A DNA stretch of 64,000 nt from an uncultured Planctomycetota bacterium (GTDB lineage: Bacteria > Planctomycetota > Planctomycetia > Pirellulales > Lacipirellulaceae), in the NCBI GenBank assembly GCA_963719315.1, contig CAVRBU010000002.1, forward strand, positions 544,001 through 608,000, given 5' to 3'. The notes under the pieces were generated by a model. The model saw only the letters and a list, made by a program, of their open reading frames with translations, was not told the origin of the DNA and did no database searches. Both the position numbers and the translations under genes were made by a program. Positions 50,257 through 60,455 of the stretch are shown here, piece after piece. How positions within the stretch are numbered: position 1 is the first letter of the stretch; each line of letters opens with the position of its first letter.

Positions 50257-51225
50257 TCACTTCACGTTGTAAGGCGCAGGTTGGGGTGCGGCGCTGACCA
50301 TCGGTTGAACAAGTTCCGGAATAGCAACGATCATCAACATGATTTGATTGTCTACGTCTTTAACCCCATCTATGGTTTTCTGCGATTCTACGCGGGTTTC
50401 AACCAGTCCGTTGAGTACCACTGGTTGACCGAACGTTGTCTCCACCGCCGTATCGCATTGGCGGACAGCCAATGCGGGAATACGCCTACCATTTACCGTC
50501 ATCGACTGCGATTCATTCAGCTCGCTTACGCGTATCCGAAGGTTCAGCTGGGTTCGGTTGTTGTCTTTCACGACGGCCGTTAAATCCACTTCGGTCCCGC
50601 ACTTTTGATATTCGACGACTTTTGAATCCTCGCGGCTCGGCATAGGAATTTCGTTGCCCACGAAAAATGAGCCGGGGCGGCCGCTGGCGACGATGATCGT
50701 GGGTCTCGCCAGGACTTTGGCAATTCGGTTTTGTTCCAACCAATCCAGGAGACCCGTTAGTGCGACGCCATCTGGCAGTGCGAATGGCTGTTTTGTCGGA
50801 TCGAAGGCTTCTTCAAAACTCGTGTGTACTGCCTCGCCCTCTTTAGCCTTTTTAATGCCGCTTTGCAAAGTCGCGAAGTCGGTCTTCATCCTTCGCAGTT
50901 TGGTCAACGATACTTCAAGCATTTGGATCCGGACCACGATTTGTGGGTTCGTACCTAGTTTGTCGTGCAACTGCCGCAATTCGCGCTGAAGTTGATCCAA
51001 TTCGCGTTGCTTTATTATCACCAGCACGTTCGTTTCATAAGCCTTGTCGATCGCTTCACTTCCACTCGTCACCGTAATGACACCATCGTGTGTTGGATGC
51101 GGAACTGCCGGCAGTACAGCGGCTGGCGTTGGTGCGGGCTGAACGTGCGTTTGTTTGACCTCCTCCGCAATCACCGCGGGCACCGACACAAGGATTATGG
51201 CGATCAATAGAATCGATCTGCGCAT
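50257..51225 (-). CDS. Short secretin-core (CpaC/RcpA-like) protein
   Basis: Signal peptide, QIVVRIQMLEVS, AKVLARPTII..GRPGSFFVGNEIP, VEYQKCGTEVD, TAVETTFGQPVVLNGL. Confidence 0.75.
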   Translation of the reverse strand: MRRSILLIAIILVSVPAVIAEEVKQTHVQPAPTPAAVLPAVPHPTHDGVITVTSGSEAIDKAYETNVLVIIKQRELDQLQRELRQLHDKLGTNPQIVVRIQMLEVSLTKLRRMKTDFATLQSGIKKAKEGEAVHTSFEEAFDPTKQPFALPDGVALTGLLDWLEQNRIAKVLARPTIIVASGRPGSFFVGNEIPMPSREDSKVVEYQKCGTEVDLTAVVKDNNRTQLNLRIRVSELNESQSMTVNGRRIPALAVRQCDTAVETTFGQPVVLNGLVETRVESQKTIDGVKDVDNQIMLMIVAIPELVQPMVSAAPQPAPYNVK

Positions 51226-51261
51226 GGCTTGGTATTCCTGTAATTGATGTGCTGCCGCCGA

Positions 51262-52371
51262 TCAACCCGCTCGTCGGCGATCTTGCCGATCGGCTGCCGG
51301 CTGTGTGGTGCCGGCGATGATCGGGAGGGCCGGCATGGCGAGCGCCCCGCGACGGCCGCCTGTGGCGCCGTCCCAGGTGTGGTCCTCGATGCGTTCCAGG
51401 ATCATCTCGGCGACAACCACCGCATCGCGCCCGGCCGTGCCATCGACCCGGGGGGCCTGGCCGGTGCGAACGGCGGTCACGAAATCCCGCTGCTCTTCCT
51501 GGATCGCGTTGACGGGTGTTGAATCGCGCGATCTGCGAACCAAGAGTTGATCAAAGACGTGCTCTTTCCAGTACGCCCGTTCTTCGGCGTTCAACTGGTC
51601 GGCTCGAAATTCGCGCCGCAGCACTTCGTCGCTCGGCTTGACGACTGTGGCTTCGTGCGTGGCGAAATTGATCGATGCGCTTCCGCGCGATGTGAAGATC
51701 GACATCGTGCGGCGTTGCTGAAAGCTGACCCGCGATGCCGAAATTTGGGCGACGCAGCCGCTGGCGAATGTGAGCCGAGCGGTGGCCAGGTCTTCGTGAC
51801 CGCCGAGCACCGAGATGCCGAGGGCCTGCACGTCCACGACGTTCGATTTGGCGAGCGATAAAACCACGTCCAGGTCGTGGATCATGATATCCATCACGGC
51901 CCCGATATCGGTCGACCGAAACGTGTATCCGCTCGTGCGGGTGGCCTCGATATATTTCGGATCGCGAACGTCGGCCGCCACGGCGGTCAGCGCCGGGTTG
52001 AACCGCTCGACGTGCCCCACTTGCAGCGTCACGCCCTTCTGCCGAGCGAGCGCGACTAACTCGTTGGCTTCGGCGCCGGTGAGCGCGATCGGTTTTTCAA
52101 TGAGCAGCGGCACGCCGCAGCCCAACAGCTCGATACCAATGGCGTGGTGATACGTCGTGGGGGTCGCGATAATAGCCGCTTCGATTTCGCCGACAAGCTC
52201 ACGATAATCGGCGACGGCCCGCGTGCCGGTTTCCTGAGCCACGCTGGTGCGCTGAGCCTCGACCGGGTCGGCAATCGCGACCAGTTCGATTTCCTCCAGC
52301 CCGGCGGCAATTCGCGCGTGGATGCGGCCCAAATGCCCTGCGCCAACGACGGCAACTCGTAGCGGGTTCAC
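51262..52371 (-). CDS. Gfo/Idh/MocA oxidoreductase (GnnA-like, UDP-GlcNAc 3-dehydrogenase-like)
   Basis: VVGAGHLGRIHAR, EKPIA, QVGHVERFNP, DIMIHDLD, ASRVS; overlaps the lpxA stop. Confidence 0.85.
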   Translation of the reverse strand: MNPLRVAVVGAGHLGRIHARIAAGLEEIELVAIADPVEAQRTSVAQETGTRAVADYRELVGEIEAAIIATPTTYHHAIGIELLGCGVPLLIEKPIALTGAEANELVALARQKGVTLQVGHVERFNPALTAVAADVRDPKYIEATRTSGYTFRSTDIGAVMDIMIHDLDVVLSLAKSNVVDVQALGISVLGGHEDLATARLTFASGCVAQISASRVSFQQRRTMSIFTSRGSASINFATHEATVVKPSDEVLRREFRADQLNAEERAYWKEHVFDQLLVRRSRDSTPVNAIQEEQRDFVTAVRTGQAPRVDGTAGRDAVVVAEMILERIEDHTWDGATGGRRGALAMPALPIIAGTTQPAADRQDRRRAG

Positions 52372-53174
52372 GCGGCTCTCCTCGATTCTCGGGTGCGGCC
52401 GTGCCGGCCAACTTGTTGGCCTTCCACGAACGCGAGCAACTCGTTCACTTGTGGCACCAATTGGCCGTTGCCGCGCAGAATTTCGCGAGCCGGGTCGACG
52501 CCGACTTTCGCGCGATAGATCAAGCGATGGGCCTCGGCCAAACTATCGATCACATGGGCGGAAAACTCGTGTCGCTTGAGCGCGACGATGTTGATGCACC
52601 GTGGCCGGGCCGGGGCCCCTTCGCAAAGCATGAACGGTGGCACATCGTGCAGCACGCGGCTCAGCCCGCCGATGAAGCTGTAACTGCCAATGGTCGTGAA
52701 ATGATGGACCGCCACCGCGCCGCTCAATGAGGCGTAATCGTCAATGTGTACGTGGCCGCCCAGCAAAGCGCCGTTGGCCATGATGATGTGGTCGCCCAGT
52801 TTGCAGTCGTGGGCCACGTGGCAACAGGCCATGAGGAAATTGCCGTCGCCGATGCGGGTGATGCCCTCTTCTTTCTCGCTGCCGCGATTGATCGTCACCC
52901 CTTCGCGAAAGACGTTCCCGTCGCCGACGATGACCTGCGTGTCGCTGCCGGCGTAGCTGATATCCTGCGGCTCGCCGCCAATTACGACGTTCGGGTAGAT
53001 GATGTTGTCGCGACCAATCGACACGTGGCCCATGATCGTGACGGAATTCAACAACCGCGTGCCGCTTTTGATGCGGACGTTCGGCCCGACGACCGAGAAG
53101 GGGCCGATTTCGACATCCGGGTCGATCTCCGCGTTCGAGTCGACCGAAGCCGTTTCGGCAATGCGGGCTGTCAT
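52368..53174 (-). CDS. lpxA: UDP-N-acetylglucosamine acyltransferase
   Basis: Hexapeptide repeats, IGGEPQD, REGVTINRG, HVAHDC, DVPPF. Confidence 0.95.
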   Translation of the reverse strand: MTARIAETASVDSNAEIDPDVEIGPFSVVGPNVRIKSGTRLLNSVTIMGHVSIGRDNIIYPNVVIGGEPQDISYAGSDTQVIVGDGNVFREGVTINRGSEKEEGITRIGDGNFLMACCHVAHDCKLGDHIIMANGALLGGHVHIDDYASLSGAVAVHHFTTIGSYSFIGGLSRVLHDVPPFMLCEGAPARPRCINIVALKRHEFSAHVIDSLAEAHRLIYRAKVGVDPAREILRGNGQLVPQVNELLAFVEGQQVGRHGRTRESRRAA

Positions 53175-53229
53175 CAGAGTTCTCCAATTGCTGCCAAGGA
53201 TTTGGCAAGACGAGTTCTCAAGTTTTTTG

Positions 53230-54123
53230 CTAGGCAACGCGGCGCTGGGCCGGCCAATCGAGTTGCGGATTGCTTACCTGCGTCTGTTCCAATATTCGGG
53301 TAGCCAGTTCGGCGTGCAGCGCGTGGCCGCTGCGGTGGGCGACGACGTGACCGATGATTTCGCATCCGGTAAGGGCGAGGTCGCCGACGACGTCGAGAAT
53401 TTTGTGCCGCACGCATTCGTCCGGAAAGCGAAGCTTGTTGCCAATCGGCCCATTCGGTCCGAAGATCAACAGGTCGCTCGACGTAACGCGCTTGCCAATG
53501 CCCTGCGAAAGAATTCCTTGGGCCGCCTCTTCTGGAATGAACGTGCGGCAGGTCGCCAACTCGCGGCGAAATGAATCGGGCGTGATATCCAGCGCAAATA
53601 GCTGATGCCCGATCGCGGTTTGCTCACCGAAATCCAAATCGAACGATACCGACAGGCCGGCACTGCGCGCGGGCTGGGCTTCGATCCAACACTTGTCGTC
53701 ACCCACGCGCACGGGTTGGCCGACGACGAGCTGCCGAACGGGACTTCGCTGCTCCACGGCTCCGGCCGCGTCGATCGCTTCGACAAACGCCTTCGAGGAA
53801 CCGTCGCATCCTGGCATTTCGGACGCGTCGACCCACACCTCGCAATTGTCGATCCGCATCCCGGCCAGAGCCGCCAACACGTGTTCGACCATTTCCACGC
53901 GAATGCCGTTTAGCTCGAGCGTCGTGCGGCGCGGAACGTTGAGGCGAAGCCCAACGCTGGCCGGCACGCGCGCCGCGGCGCCGATGTCGTGTCGCACGAA
54001 AGTGATACCTGCGCATTCCGCGGCCGGCCAGAGTTCAACCCGGATATCCCGGCCGCTGAAATAACCGAACCCGGTTACGGAAACGGGCCGAACGAGCGTG
54101 CGTTGGCGGCGCGCAACAGACAT
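53230..54123 (-). CDS. lpxC: UDP-3-O-acyl-GlcNAc deacetylase
   Basis: QRTL, VEHVLAAL, DGSS, CRTF, RHKILDVVGDL, SGHALH. Confidence 0.95.
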   Translation of the reverse strand: MSVARRQRTLVRPVSVTGFGYFSGRDIRVELWPAAECAGITFVRHDIGAAARVPASVGLRLNVPRRTTLELNGIRVEMVEHVLAALAGMRIDNCEVWVDASEMPGCDGSSKAFVEAIDAAGAVEQRSPVRQLVVGQPVRVGDDKCWIEAQPARSAGLSVSFDLDFGEQTAIGHQLFALDITPDSFRRELATCRTFIPEEAAQGILSQGIGKRVTSSDLLIFGPNGPIGNKLRFPDECVRHKILDVVGDLALTGCEIIGHVVAHRSGHALHAELATRILEQTQVSNPQLDWPAQRRVA

Positions 54124-54182
54124 CTGCGTTATGCTCCCAGCGAGGTGGCGTCCGTGGCGGACATGAACGAGCTTGCGGGACT

Positions 54183-54237
54183 GTAGGTCAGGCTTTAGCC
54201 TGACGCCGCGATAAAGCCAGGCTAAAGCCTGACCTAC
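54183..54237. repeat. GTAG-type REP doublet
   Basis: GTAGGTCAGGCTTTAGCCTG ... CAGGCTAAAGCCTGACCTAC. Confidence 0.8.
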
Positions 54238-54242
54238 GCGGA

Positions 54243-54953
54243 TTAGCGCGGTGGAATCTGTGAACCTGGCCGTGCGGCAGTCGGCGGTGCTTGAACTCCG
54301 CCCGGTACGCCTGGTGTACCGCTTGGCGGAGCGGGCTGGTCCCGATTCAATAGAACGAGGATGTCGCCCGTGATGTCGATTTTGTCCTGCATGACCACCG
54401 GCTTGTTGATTTCGCGCAGCACGTCTTCGCGACGATTGGGATCGATCGGATCGCCGCTGAACCGTAACACCAGTCCGATGTTCTGCCGCTGAGAGTAATA
54501 CTTCACGGCGTCCACGACTTCCAGGTAGGTCTGATAGTAGACCTTTGCTTCGCGCTCCAGAAAGTCTTTGCGAAGCCTACCCATCTTCAAATTGAATTCG
54601 GCCATCTGCCGCGCAACTTCTTCATCGCGCTGCTTGTAATCCGGCGTGCCGGCTCCGTACGTGTTACGTTCCTGTTCGAGCGCGGCGATCTTCTCGCGGT
54701 CGGCCTTGAGGTCGGCTTCGATGCCTTCCATTTCCTTCTTCATCGAATCCATCGTGGCTTTGAAGTGACGATGATTCTTGAAGATGTAGCTGATGTCCAC
54801 GACCGCGATGTTGTACTTCGCGGCATTCGCGCCGGCCGGATTCGGACCCTGGGCGCTCAACGAAGTAGACATCGAAACGGCGAACAAAACGGCCAGCGCA
54901 CCAACGGCGTAGATACGAGCCTGGGTCCAATTGCGAATAAGTAGCGTCTTCAC
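54243..54953 (-). CDS. skp: Skp/OmpH periplasmic chaperone
   Basis: AAGGAG RBS before GTG 54953, signal peptide, IAVVDISYIF, coiled coil, IDITGDIL. Confidence 0.85.
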   Translation of the reverse strand: MKTLLIRNWTQARIYAVGALAVLFAVSMSTSLSAQGPNPAGANAAKYNIAVVDISYIFKNHRHFKATMDSMKKEMEGIEADLKADREKIAALEQERNTYGAGTPDYKQRDEEVARQMAEFNLKMGRLRKDFLEREAKVYYQTYLEVVDAVKYYSQRQNIGLVLRFSGDPIDPNRREDVLREINKPVVMQDKIDITGDILVLLNRDQPAPPSGTPGVPGGVQAPPTAARPGSQIPPR

Positions 54954-55138
54954 GTCAGCACTCCTTGCTGTAAGGGGGTCGTCCGTGACCAATCGTGATG
55001 TGCCGGGCTGCGAGCGGCCGCGGAAAATTCCTTCGGCAGTGTGCAATCGCTCGTCGCGGGAAACGAGCCCGGTCAAAATTGCGGGGCTATTCTTGCGAGA
55101 AGCCCGCAGCGCGTAAAGGCCATTTTTGCAGTGGAATT

Positions 55139-55227
55139 GCTTGTTGTCCGTCGTCCGTCGTCCGTTGTTTTGCGCGACCGGCATATTGATAGCATGCAAC
55201 GGACAACGGACGACGGACGACGGACAG
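55139..55227. repeat. Heptamer-period hairpin
   Basis: (GTCCGTC/GTCCGTT)n arm facing (GACGGAC/AACGGAC)n arm. Confidence 0.75.
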
Positions 55228-55322
55228 CGGAATGTATACCGCTTTTGACACCAATCGCGCGCCGCGATACTCTTCGGCCCCCTCAATTCTTCGAGTTGGC
55301 CGTTCTAGATGGAGTTTCGCGC

Positions 55323-55685
55323 GTGAAGTCTGCTCCCAGCGTGCTGATCGTGGATGCGTCGCGCGAATCGCGCGAAGTGCTGAAGCTATTGTTGGAGCAT
55401 CGCGGCGCGCGAACGATCGAAGCCGCGCATCCGGAGGAAGCGGCTCGTTTGGCTGGCCACTTTCGGCCCGATTTGATCGTTCTCGATGCGGAAAGCGATC
55501 AGAGCGCCACGGGCGAGCCCACCGACGAACTACGCCGCGTAGCCGGCCGCAGCGAAACTCCAATCGTTATTCTCGGCAAAATCCGGCAACTTCGCGGCGC
55601 CGGGCCGGGCGACCAATTTGTGACCAAGCCCTACCATTACGGGCCTCTCATCCGTAAAATTGACGGCTTGCTGGACGCCGCGTGA
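55323..55685 (+). CDS. Single-domain response regulator (atypical acidic pocket)
   Basis: VLIVDA, RPDLIVLD, TPIVIL, FVTKPY. Confidence 0.8.
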   Translation: MKSAPSVLIVDASRESREVLKLLLEHRGARTIEAAHPEEAARLAGHFRPDLIVLDAESDQSATGEPTDELRRVAGRSETPIVILGKIRQLRGAGPGDQFVTKPYHYGPLIRKIDGLLDAA

Positions 55686-55754
55686 TGGCGACCAGTCAAG
55701 CTCTTCGAAATACGGAACCCGGCGCAGATGCCGGCGGGTCACGGGGATCTCATC

Positions 55755-57545
55755 GTGCCATCGCTGTTTGTGATGCAAGGTCGCGATTCGGGCACACGCT
55801 ACCGGCTCGATGGGAATACCATTACGCTGGGTCGCGGCACCTCGAACGCCGTGCAGTTGAACGATACCGAAATCTCGCGCGAACACGCCGAGTTTAGTCG
55901 TCGCGGCGCCGCCTTCGTACTCCGCGACCTCAATAGTTCCAATGGCACGTTCGTCAATGGTCAGCCCATCAAGGAGCACGTGCTGGCCAACGGCGATCAG
56001 GTGCAGCTTGGCCGAACGCTGCTTTTGTATACCAGCGTCTCCGAGGACAAGGTTGAAGACCTGGCCGACAAGATCCACATTGTAACGCGGCACGAGGAAG
56101 AAGACGGATCGCGGATCGTGCACTCGATGCATCAATCCGAAGGGAGCGAAATCCTCACCCCGCCCGATAACGAATCGTCGTCGCCCTGGCTGGCGCGGGC
56201 TCGCAGCAACTTGCAGATCATGTATCGCACGGCGCTCGCCGTAAGTCACACGCTCGATATCGATCAGTTGCTCGCGCGGATCATGGAGATGATTTTCGAA
56301 TGGGTCGATGCCGATCGCGGCTGCATCATGCTCAAGGACATCGACACCGACCAACTCGTGCCCAAAGTTCGTCGCCAACGTGGCGGTGCGCTGCCGGACG
56401 AGCGAATCATGATCAGCCAAACGATTCTGGACTACGTCGTTGACCGCAACGAGGGTGTGCTCACGAGCAATGCCCGCGACGACGACCGCTGGGACGCCGC
56501 CAAAAGCATTTTGCGGATGGGCGTTCGCGAAGCGATCTGCGTACCAATGCAAGGCCGCTATGATGTGGTGGGCGTGATTTACATCGATACCTCCCTCACC
56601 CCACAGAGAATTCTGCAGCAGGGTTCGGCCAACAAGTTCACGCAGGAGCACCTCAAGCTCATGATCGCCATCGCCCATCAGGCGGCGCTGGCGATTGAAG
56701 ACACGAATTATTACAAGCAGATGGTGCAGGCGGAACGGCTCGCCGCCGTGGGACAAACGATTGCCTCGCTGTCGCACCACATCAAGAACATATTGCAAGG
56801 CGTTCGGGGCGGCAGCTACTTGATCGAAATGGGGATGAAGGACCACGCCAAGGCGATTGCCGAGGGCAAGGTGGACGTCGAATCCGCCGAAAAAGCCGTC
56901 GGTATCATGCGCAAGGGCTGGGGCATCGTCGAAAAGAATCAGGAGCGAATTTCGACGCTCGTGATGGACATGCTCACGTTCAGCAAAGAACGCGAACCGG
57001 TGCCGGAACCGGCCAACCTGAACGAGCTTGTGTGCGACGTCGTTGAGCTAATGAAGTCGCGGGCCGAAGAAGAGCATGTCGAGCTCTCATGGCTCCCGGC
57101 TCCCACGATGCCCACACTCATGTTCGATTCCGAGTCGATGCACCGCGCCATTCTCAACATCATCACCAATGCAATCGATGCCTGCCACGAGCGCACTGGC
57201 GGCTGCGTTGAGGTTTCCACACAATATAGCCAAGAGGAGCAAATGGCTCGTGTGGCGGTCGTCGACAACGGCAGCGGCATCGAAAAGGACGACCTCGAGA
57301 AAATCTTCGCCGTTTTCGTTTCGCGGAAGGGCGGGCGCGGCACCGGCTTGGGACTTCCCGTCAGCCAGAAAATCCTGGAAGAGCACAACGGCCGGATTCG
57401 GGTGGAAAGCAAGCTAGGACAGGGGAGCCGTTTCACGCTCGAGCTCCCAGCAATATTGCCCCAAACGCCGACCGGCCACACGATGCCCAATGTCCATGGC
57501 AGCAGTAATATCGAGCACGTCCCAGCCGATAGCTCGCATGGGTGA
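55755..57545 (+). CDS. FHA-GAF-histidine kinase
   Basis: FHA (LGRG..ISREHA..DLNSSNGT), GAF (AICVPM, GVIYID), H-box SHHIKN, NAIDA, DNGSG, GTGLGL. Confidence 0.93.
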   Translation: MPSLFVMQGRDSGTRYRLDGNTITLGRGTSNAVQLNDTEISREHAEFSRRGAAFVLRDLNSSNGTFVNGQPIKEHVLANGDQVQLGRTLLLYTSVSEDKVEDLADKIHIVTRHEEEDGSRIVHSMHQSEGSEILTPPDNESSSPWLARARSNLQIMYRTALAVSHTLDIDQLLARIMEMIFEWVDADRGCIMLKDIDTDQLVPKVRRQRGGALPDERIMISQTILDYVVDRNEGVLTSNARDDDRWDAAKSILRMGVREAICVPMQGRYDVVGVIYIDTSLTPQRILQQGSANKFTQEHLKLMIAIAHQAALAIEDTNYYKQMVQAERLAAVGQTIASLSHHIKNILQGVRGGSYLIEMGMKDHAKAIAEGKVDVESAEKAVGIMRKGWGIVEKNQERISTLVMDMLTFSKEREPVPEPANLNELVCDVVELMKSRAEEEHVELSWLPAPTMPTLMFDSESMHRAILNIITNAIDACHERTGGCVEVSTQYSQEEQMARVAVVDNGSGIEKDDLEKIFAVFVSRKGGRGTGLGLPVSQKILEEHNGRIRVESKLGQGSRFTLELPAILPQTPTGHTMPNVHGSSNIEHVPADSSHG

Positions 57546-58383
57546 CGCCTCCCTCGACGCCGATCGAATTCGCGCGGCATCGTTCATCCGCCACGTCGAA
57601 ATCCACGACACGCTCGGCTCGACCAATGATCGCGCCGCCGACTTGGCGTGCGACGCGCTTACCGAATTGCCGGCCCTGGTGGTAGCGCGAAATCAAACCG
57701 CCGGCCGGGGCCGCGGCGACAAGTCCTGGTGGTCCACCGACGGGGCGCTGACGTTCAGCGTTCTGCTGGCCCCGGCCACGATTGGCATCAGCCCAGTAAA
57801 TTGGCCGCAACTCTCGCTCGCGACGGCCGTCGCCGTGTGCGACGCACTGAGTGAGGAACTGGCCGCGAACGTCCAGCGAGCGGAGACGGCCAACGTTCAC
57901 CCTAATCTGCCATCGCGCCTCGGCATTAAGTGGCCCAATGATGTAATGCTTGACGATTGCAAGGTCTGCGGCATCCTGATCGAATCGCCCGGCGGCGTAA
58001 TTGCCCGAGATCGCCTAGTGGTGGGCGTTGGAGTCAACGTCAACAATTCGTTTCTCGATTCGCCGCGCAAATTGGCGTCGCAAGGCATTGCCCTTTGCGA
58101 CGCCTCCGGCAATCGGCACTCGCTTCCTCGCATCTTGCTGCTGATACTGAACTCGCTCGAACAACGCGCCTATCAACTCGCAAATGGCGACGTCCGATTA
58201 CGGCAAGATTGGCACCAGCTTTGCTGGTTGCGGTCGAAAGCGATCTGCGTTGACACCGATCGTCGGCGGGTCGAGGGAATCTGCGGTGGCATCACCGCCG
58301 ACGGCGCCTTGCTCGTGAATACCTCGACGGCTGCGGAACACATTTTCAGCGGGTCGGTTAGCTTGGCAAAAACCTTGGATTAG
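57538..58383 (+). CDS. birA: Biotin-protein ligase (no HTH domain)
   Basis: STND, QTAGRGR, IKWPND, KVCGILIE, GVGVNV. Confidence 0.92.
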   Translation: MGDASLDADRIRAASFIRHVEIHDTLGSTNDRAADLACDALTELPALVVARNQTAGRGRGDKSWWSTDGALTFSVLLAPATIGISPVNWPQLSLATAVAVCDALSEELAANVQRAETANVHPNLPSRLGIKWPNDVMLDDCKVCGILIESPGGVIARDRLVVGVGVNVNNSFLDSPRKLASQGIALCDASGNRHSLPRILLLILNSLEQRAYQLANGDVRLRQDWHQLCWLRSKAICVDTDRRRVEGICGGITADGALLVNTSTAAEHIFSGSVSLAKTLD

Positions 58384-58692
58384 GCGGCCATTCGCTCGCG
58401 GTCGAAATTGGTCCACGCGCTCCAACATGCCCCCCACCTGATGGACTCCAGAATCTCGAAGATTTCCGTTCGCCCAGAAAACCAGGGCAGTAAATACCGC
58501 AATAATACGCAAAAATGCGGCTCGCTTACCGATTTCCTGGAGGTTTTCGCCAAATTCTTGACAACATTCGATACGCCATTTAGACTTAACCCATTGGGCG
58601 GGGGACACTCTGTCGGCATCGTAAAGCAACGCGTGATCCATTCGCGTAGGGCTGCGAATTCTAAGCGACATCTTTGATTAGAGGAAAGCATA

Positions 58693-59467
58693 ATGATCTT
58701 GATTAAAAGTCTCGCCACCTCGGTGGTGTTAGCGCTTACGATTGCTTCTTGGTCATTTGCGGGCACGCTGGTGGATTTCAAGCCGCTGCCGTCCTCTCCC
58801 GCGCTACCCGAATTCCGGTTTGATGGTCCCGTGGGCGCGCTCTTCCTTCAAGAGTGGCCTCGGTTCTATTGGCAATGCGGACGGTGTGCTGCCAGTTCCT
58901 GCCCAAACGCCGGGCGGACTCGATGCGGAAGCCGCTTTCTTGATTCCAGGAATTCCGGGCAGCAGCCTCAATATCGCGTCTACCGAATTCTTCGATTCCA
59001 CGCTGACATTTACTGGCCTCGTTGCTTCCGCTCCCGCCATCACCGTAATCGGCCCCACTTATATCCAGCCGCTTGGTCCCGGATCGTTCGACTTATTCAG
59101 CACCGATCCCGACGGCATCGGTCCGCTGCTTCCAACGTTATTGCTCCACGGAAGTATTGGGGCTGCCTCATTCATCGTCGGAACGGGTAATTCGGGCGCG
59201 ACGTTTAACTCCGCCAGCGTGGACTATACCGCAGGCAAAATCTTTGACTCCTTGGTTGCCTCCGGCGCCAGTCCGCTCGGCAATAGCATGTCGTTCAGCA
59301 TGCTGGATGTGACTCCCGGGTTTTCGATAAGTCCGGCCGACGGGTTTCTCGATGACTTCACGGCCAACGGCACCGGTCAATTCAGCTTCACCGCTGTCCC
59401 TGAACCGGCTTCGTTGACACTGCTAGGATTTGCCCTGGCCGGCCTTGCCCTTGGCCGTCGCCGCTAG
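58693..59467 (+). CDS. PEP-CTERM surface protein, apparent frameshift near 58840
   Basis: Signal peptide in frame 58693; C-terminal VPEPASLTLLGFALAGLALGRRR in frame ending 59467. Confidence 0.85.
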
Positions 59468-59505
59468 CAGACGCGACCTTGTAATTGATTCACGGCACGT
59501 TGATC

Positions 59506-60186
59506 TCACTCAACGTAGCCCGCTGGCTCGCCGACAAAGGGGTTCGTGCGTTTCTCGTGCCCGATCGTCGTCGCTGGCCCGTGGCCCGGCAGCACGATCG
59601 TGTCATCCCGCAGTGTGAACAGCTTGCCGTGGATCGCATCGCGTAGATCGTCGAAGCTACCGTCCGGAAAGTCGGTGCGACCAATGCTGCCGGCGAACAG
59701 CACGTCGCCGCCAAACACTCGCCAGGGCTCGGTCTGCTTGCAGACCAGCACAATGTGCCCCACCGAGTGGCCGGGCGTTTCGAGCACATCGAAATCCAGA
59801 CCGGCCGCTGTGAATCGTTCGCCCTCGCGAAGCACGCGGTCCGCCGGCGGGCTGGTCAGCGCGAACCCGAAAGCGGCCGAGAGATTGAGTGCCGGATTGA
59901 TCAGCTTTTCCGCGTCGCCGGCCCCGATTACCAAAGGGCACTCCGGCCATTTCTCCTTGAGCACTCGGTTGCCCGCAATGTGATCGCTATGCCCGTGCGT
60001 GCATACGATGGCGGCCGGAGTCAGCCCGCGTTCCGACAGATAGGCGAGGATGGCCTTCGGCTCGAAGCCCGGATCAAGCACGACGCAGTCATCGCGGCCG
60101 GATACATGAGCAATATAGGTGTTCTCGTCAAAGGGTGACGAAACGACCTGCCCCACTGATAGCTGTAAATCTGGCACAACAAACAT
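59506..60186 (-). CDS. MBL-fold metallo-hydrolase (glyoxalase II-like)
   Basis: THGHSDH, TPGHS, GDVLF..GRTD, PGHG. Confidence 0.92.
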   Translation of the reverse strand: MFVVPDLQLSVGQVVSSPFDENTYIAHVSGRDDCVVLDPGFEPKAILAYLSERGLTPAAIVCTHGHSDHIAGNRVLKEKWPECPLVIGAGDAEKLINPALNLSAAFGFALTSPPADRVLREGERFTAAGLDFDVLETPGHSVGHIVLVCKQTEPWRVFGGDVLFAGSIGRTDFPDGSFDDLRDAIHGKLFTLRDDTIVLPGHGPATTIGHEKRTNPFVGEPAGYVE

Positions 60187-60455
60187 CCCTTCCGCCGAAA
60201 AGGCAGGTTGTCTACGATAGTTCTACTAGTTGGGGATGAATTTGCGGGGCTTAGACCAAATCAGCCCCGATCGCATGGACGACAGAGTTCCCAACCCAAT
60301 CACGATTGTACAACCCCTGTATCGCCGGCCGCGAGCCACCTTCCCGCCCTACGTGCCTTGGTCGCCCGTTGAACGGATTTCAACCCCACTCCCGCCCAAA
60401 CAACTCCCGCTTCGTCAGGCCTTTAGCCGCGACGAATGAATCAGGAGACCCGAAT

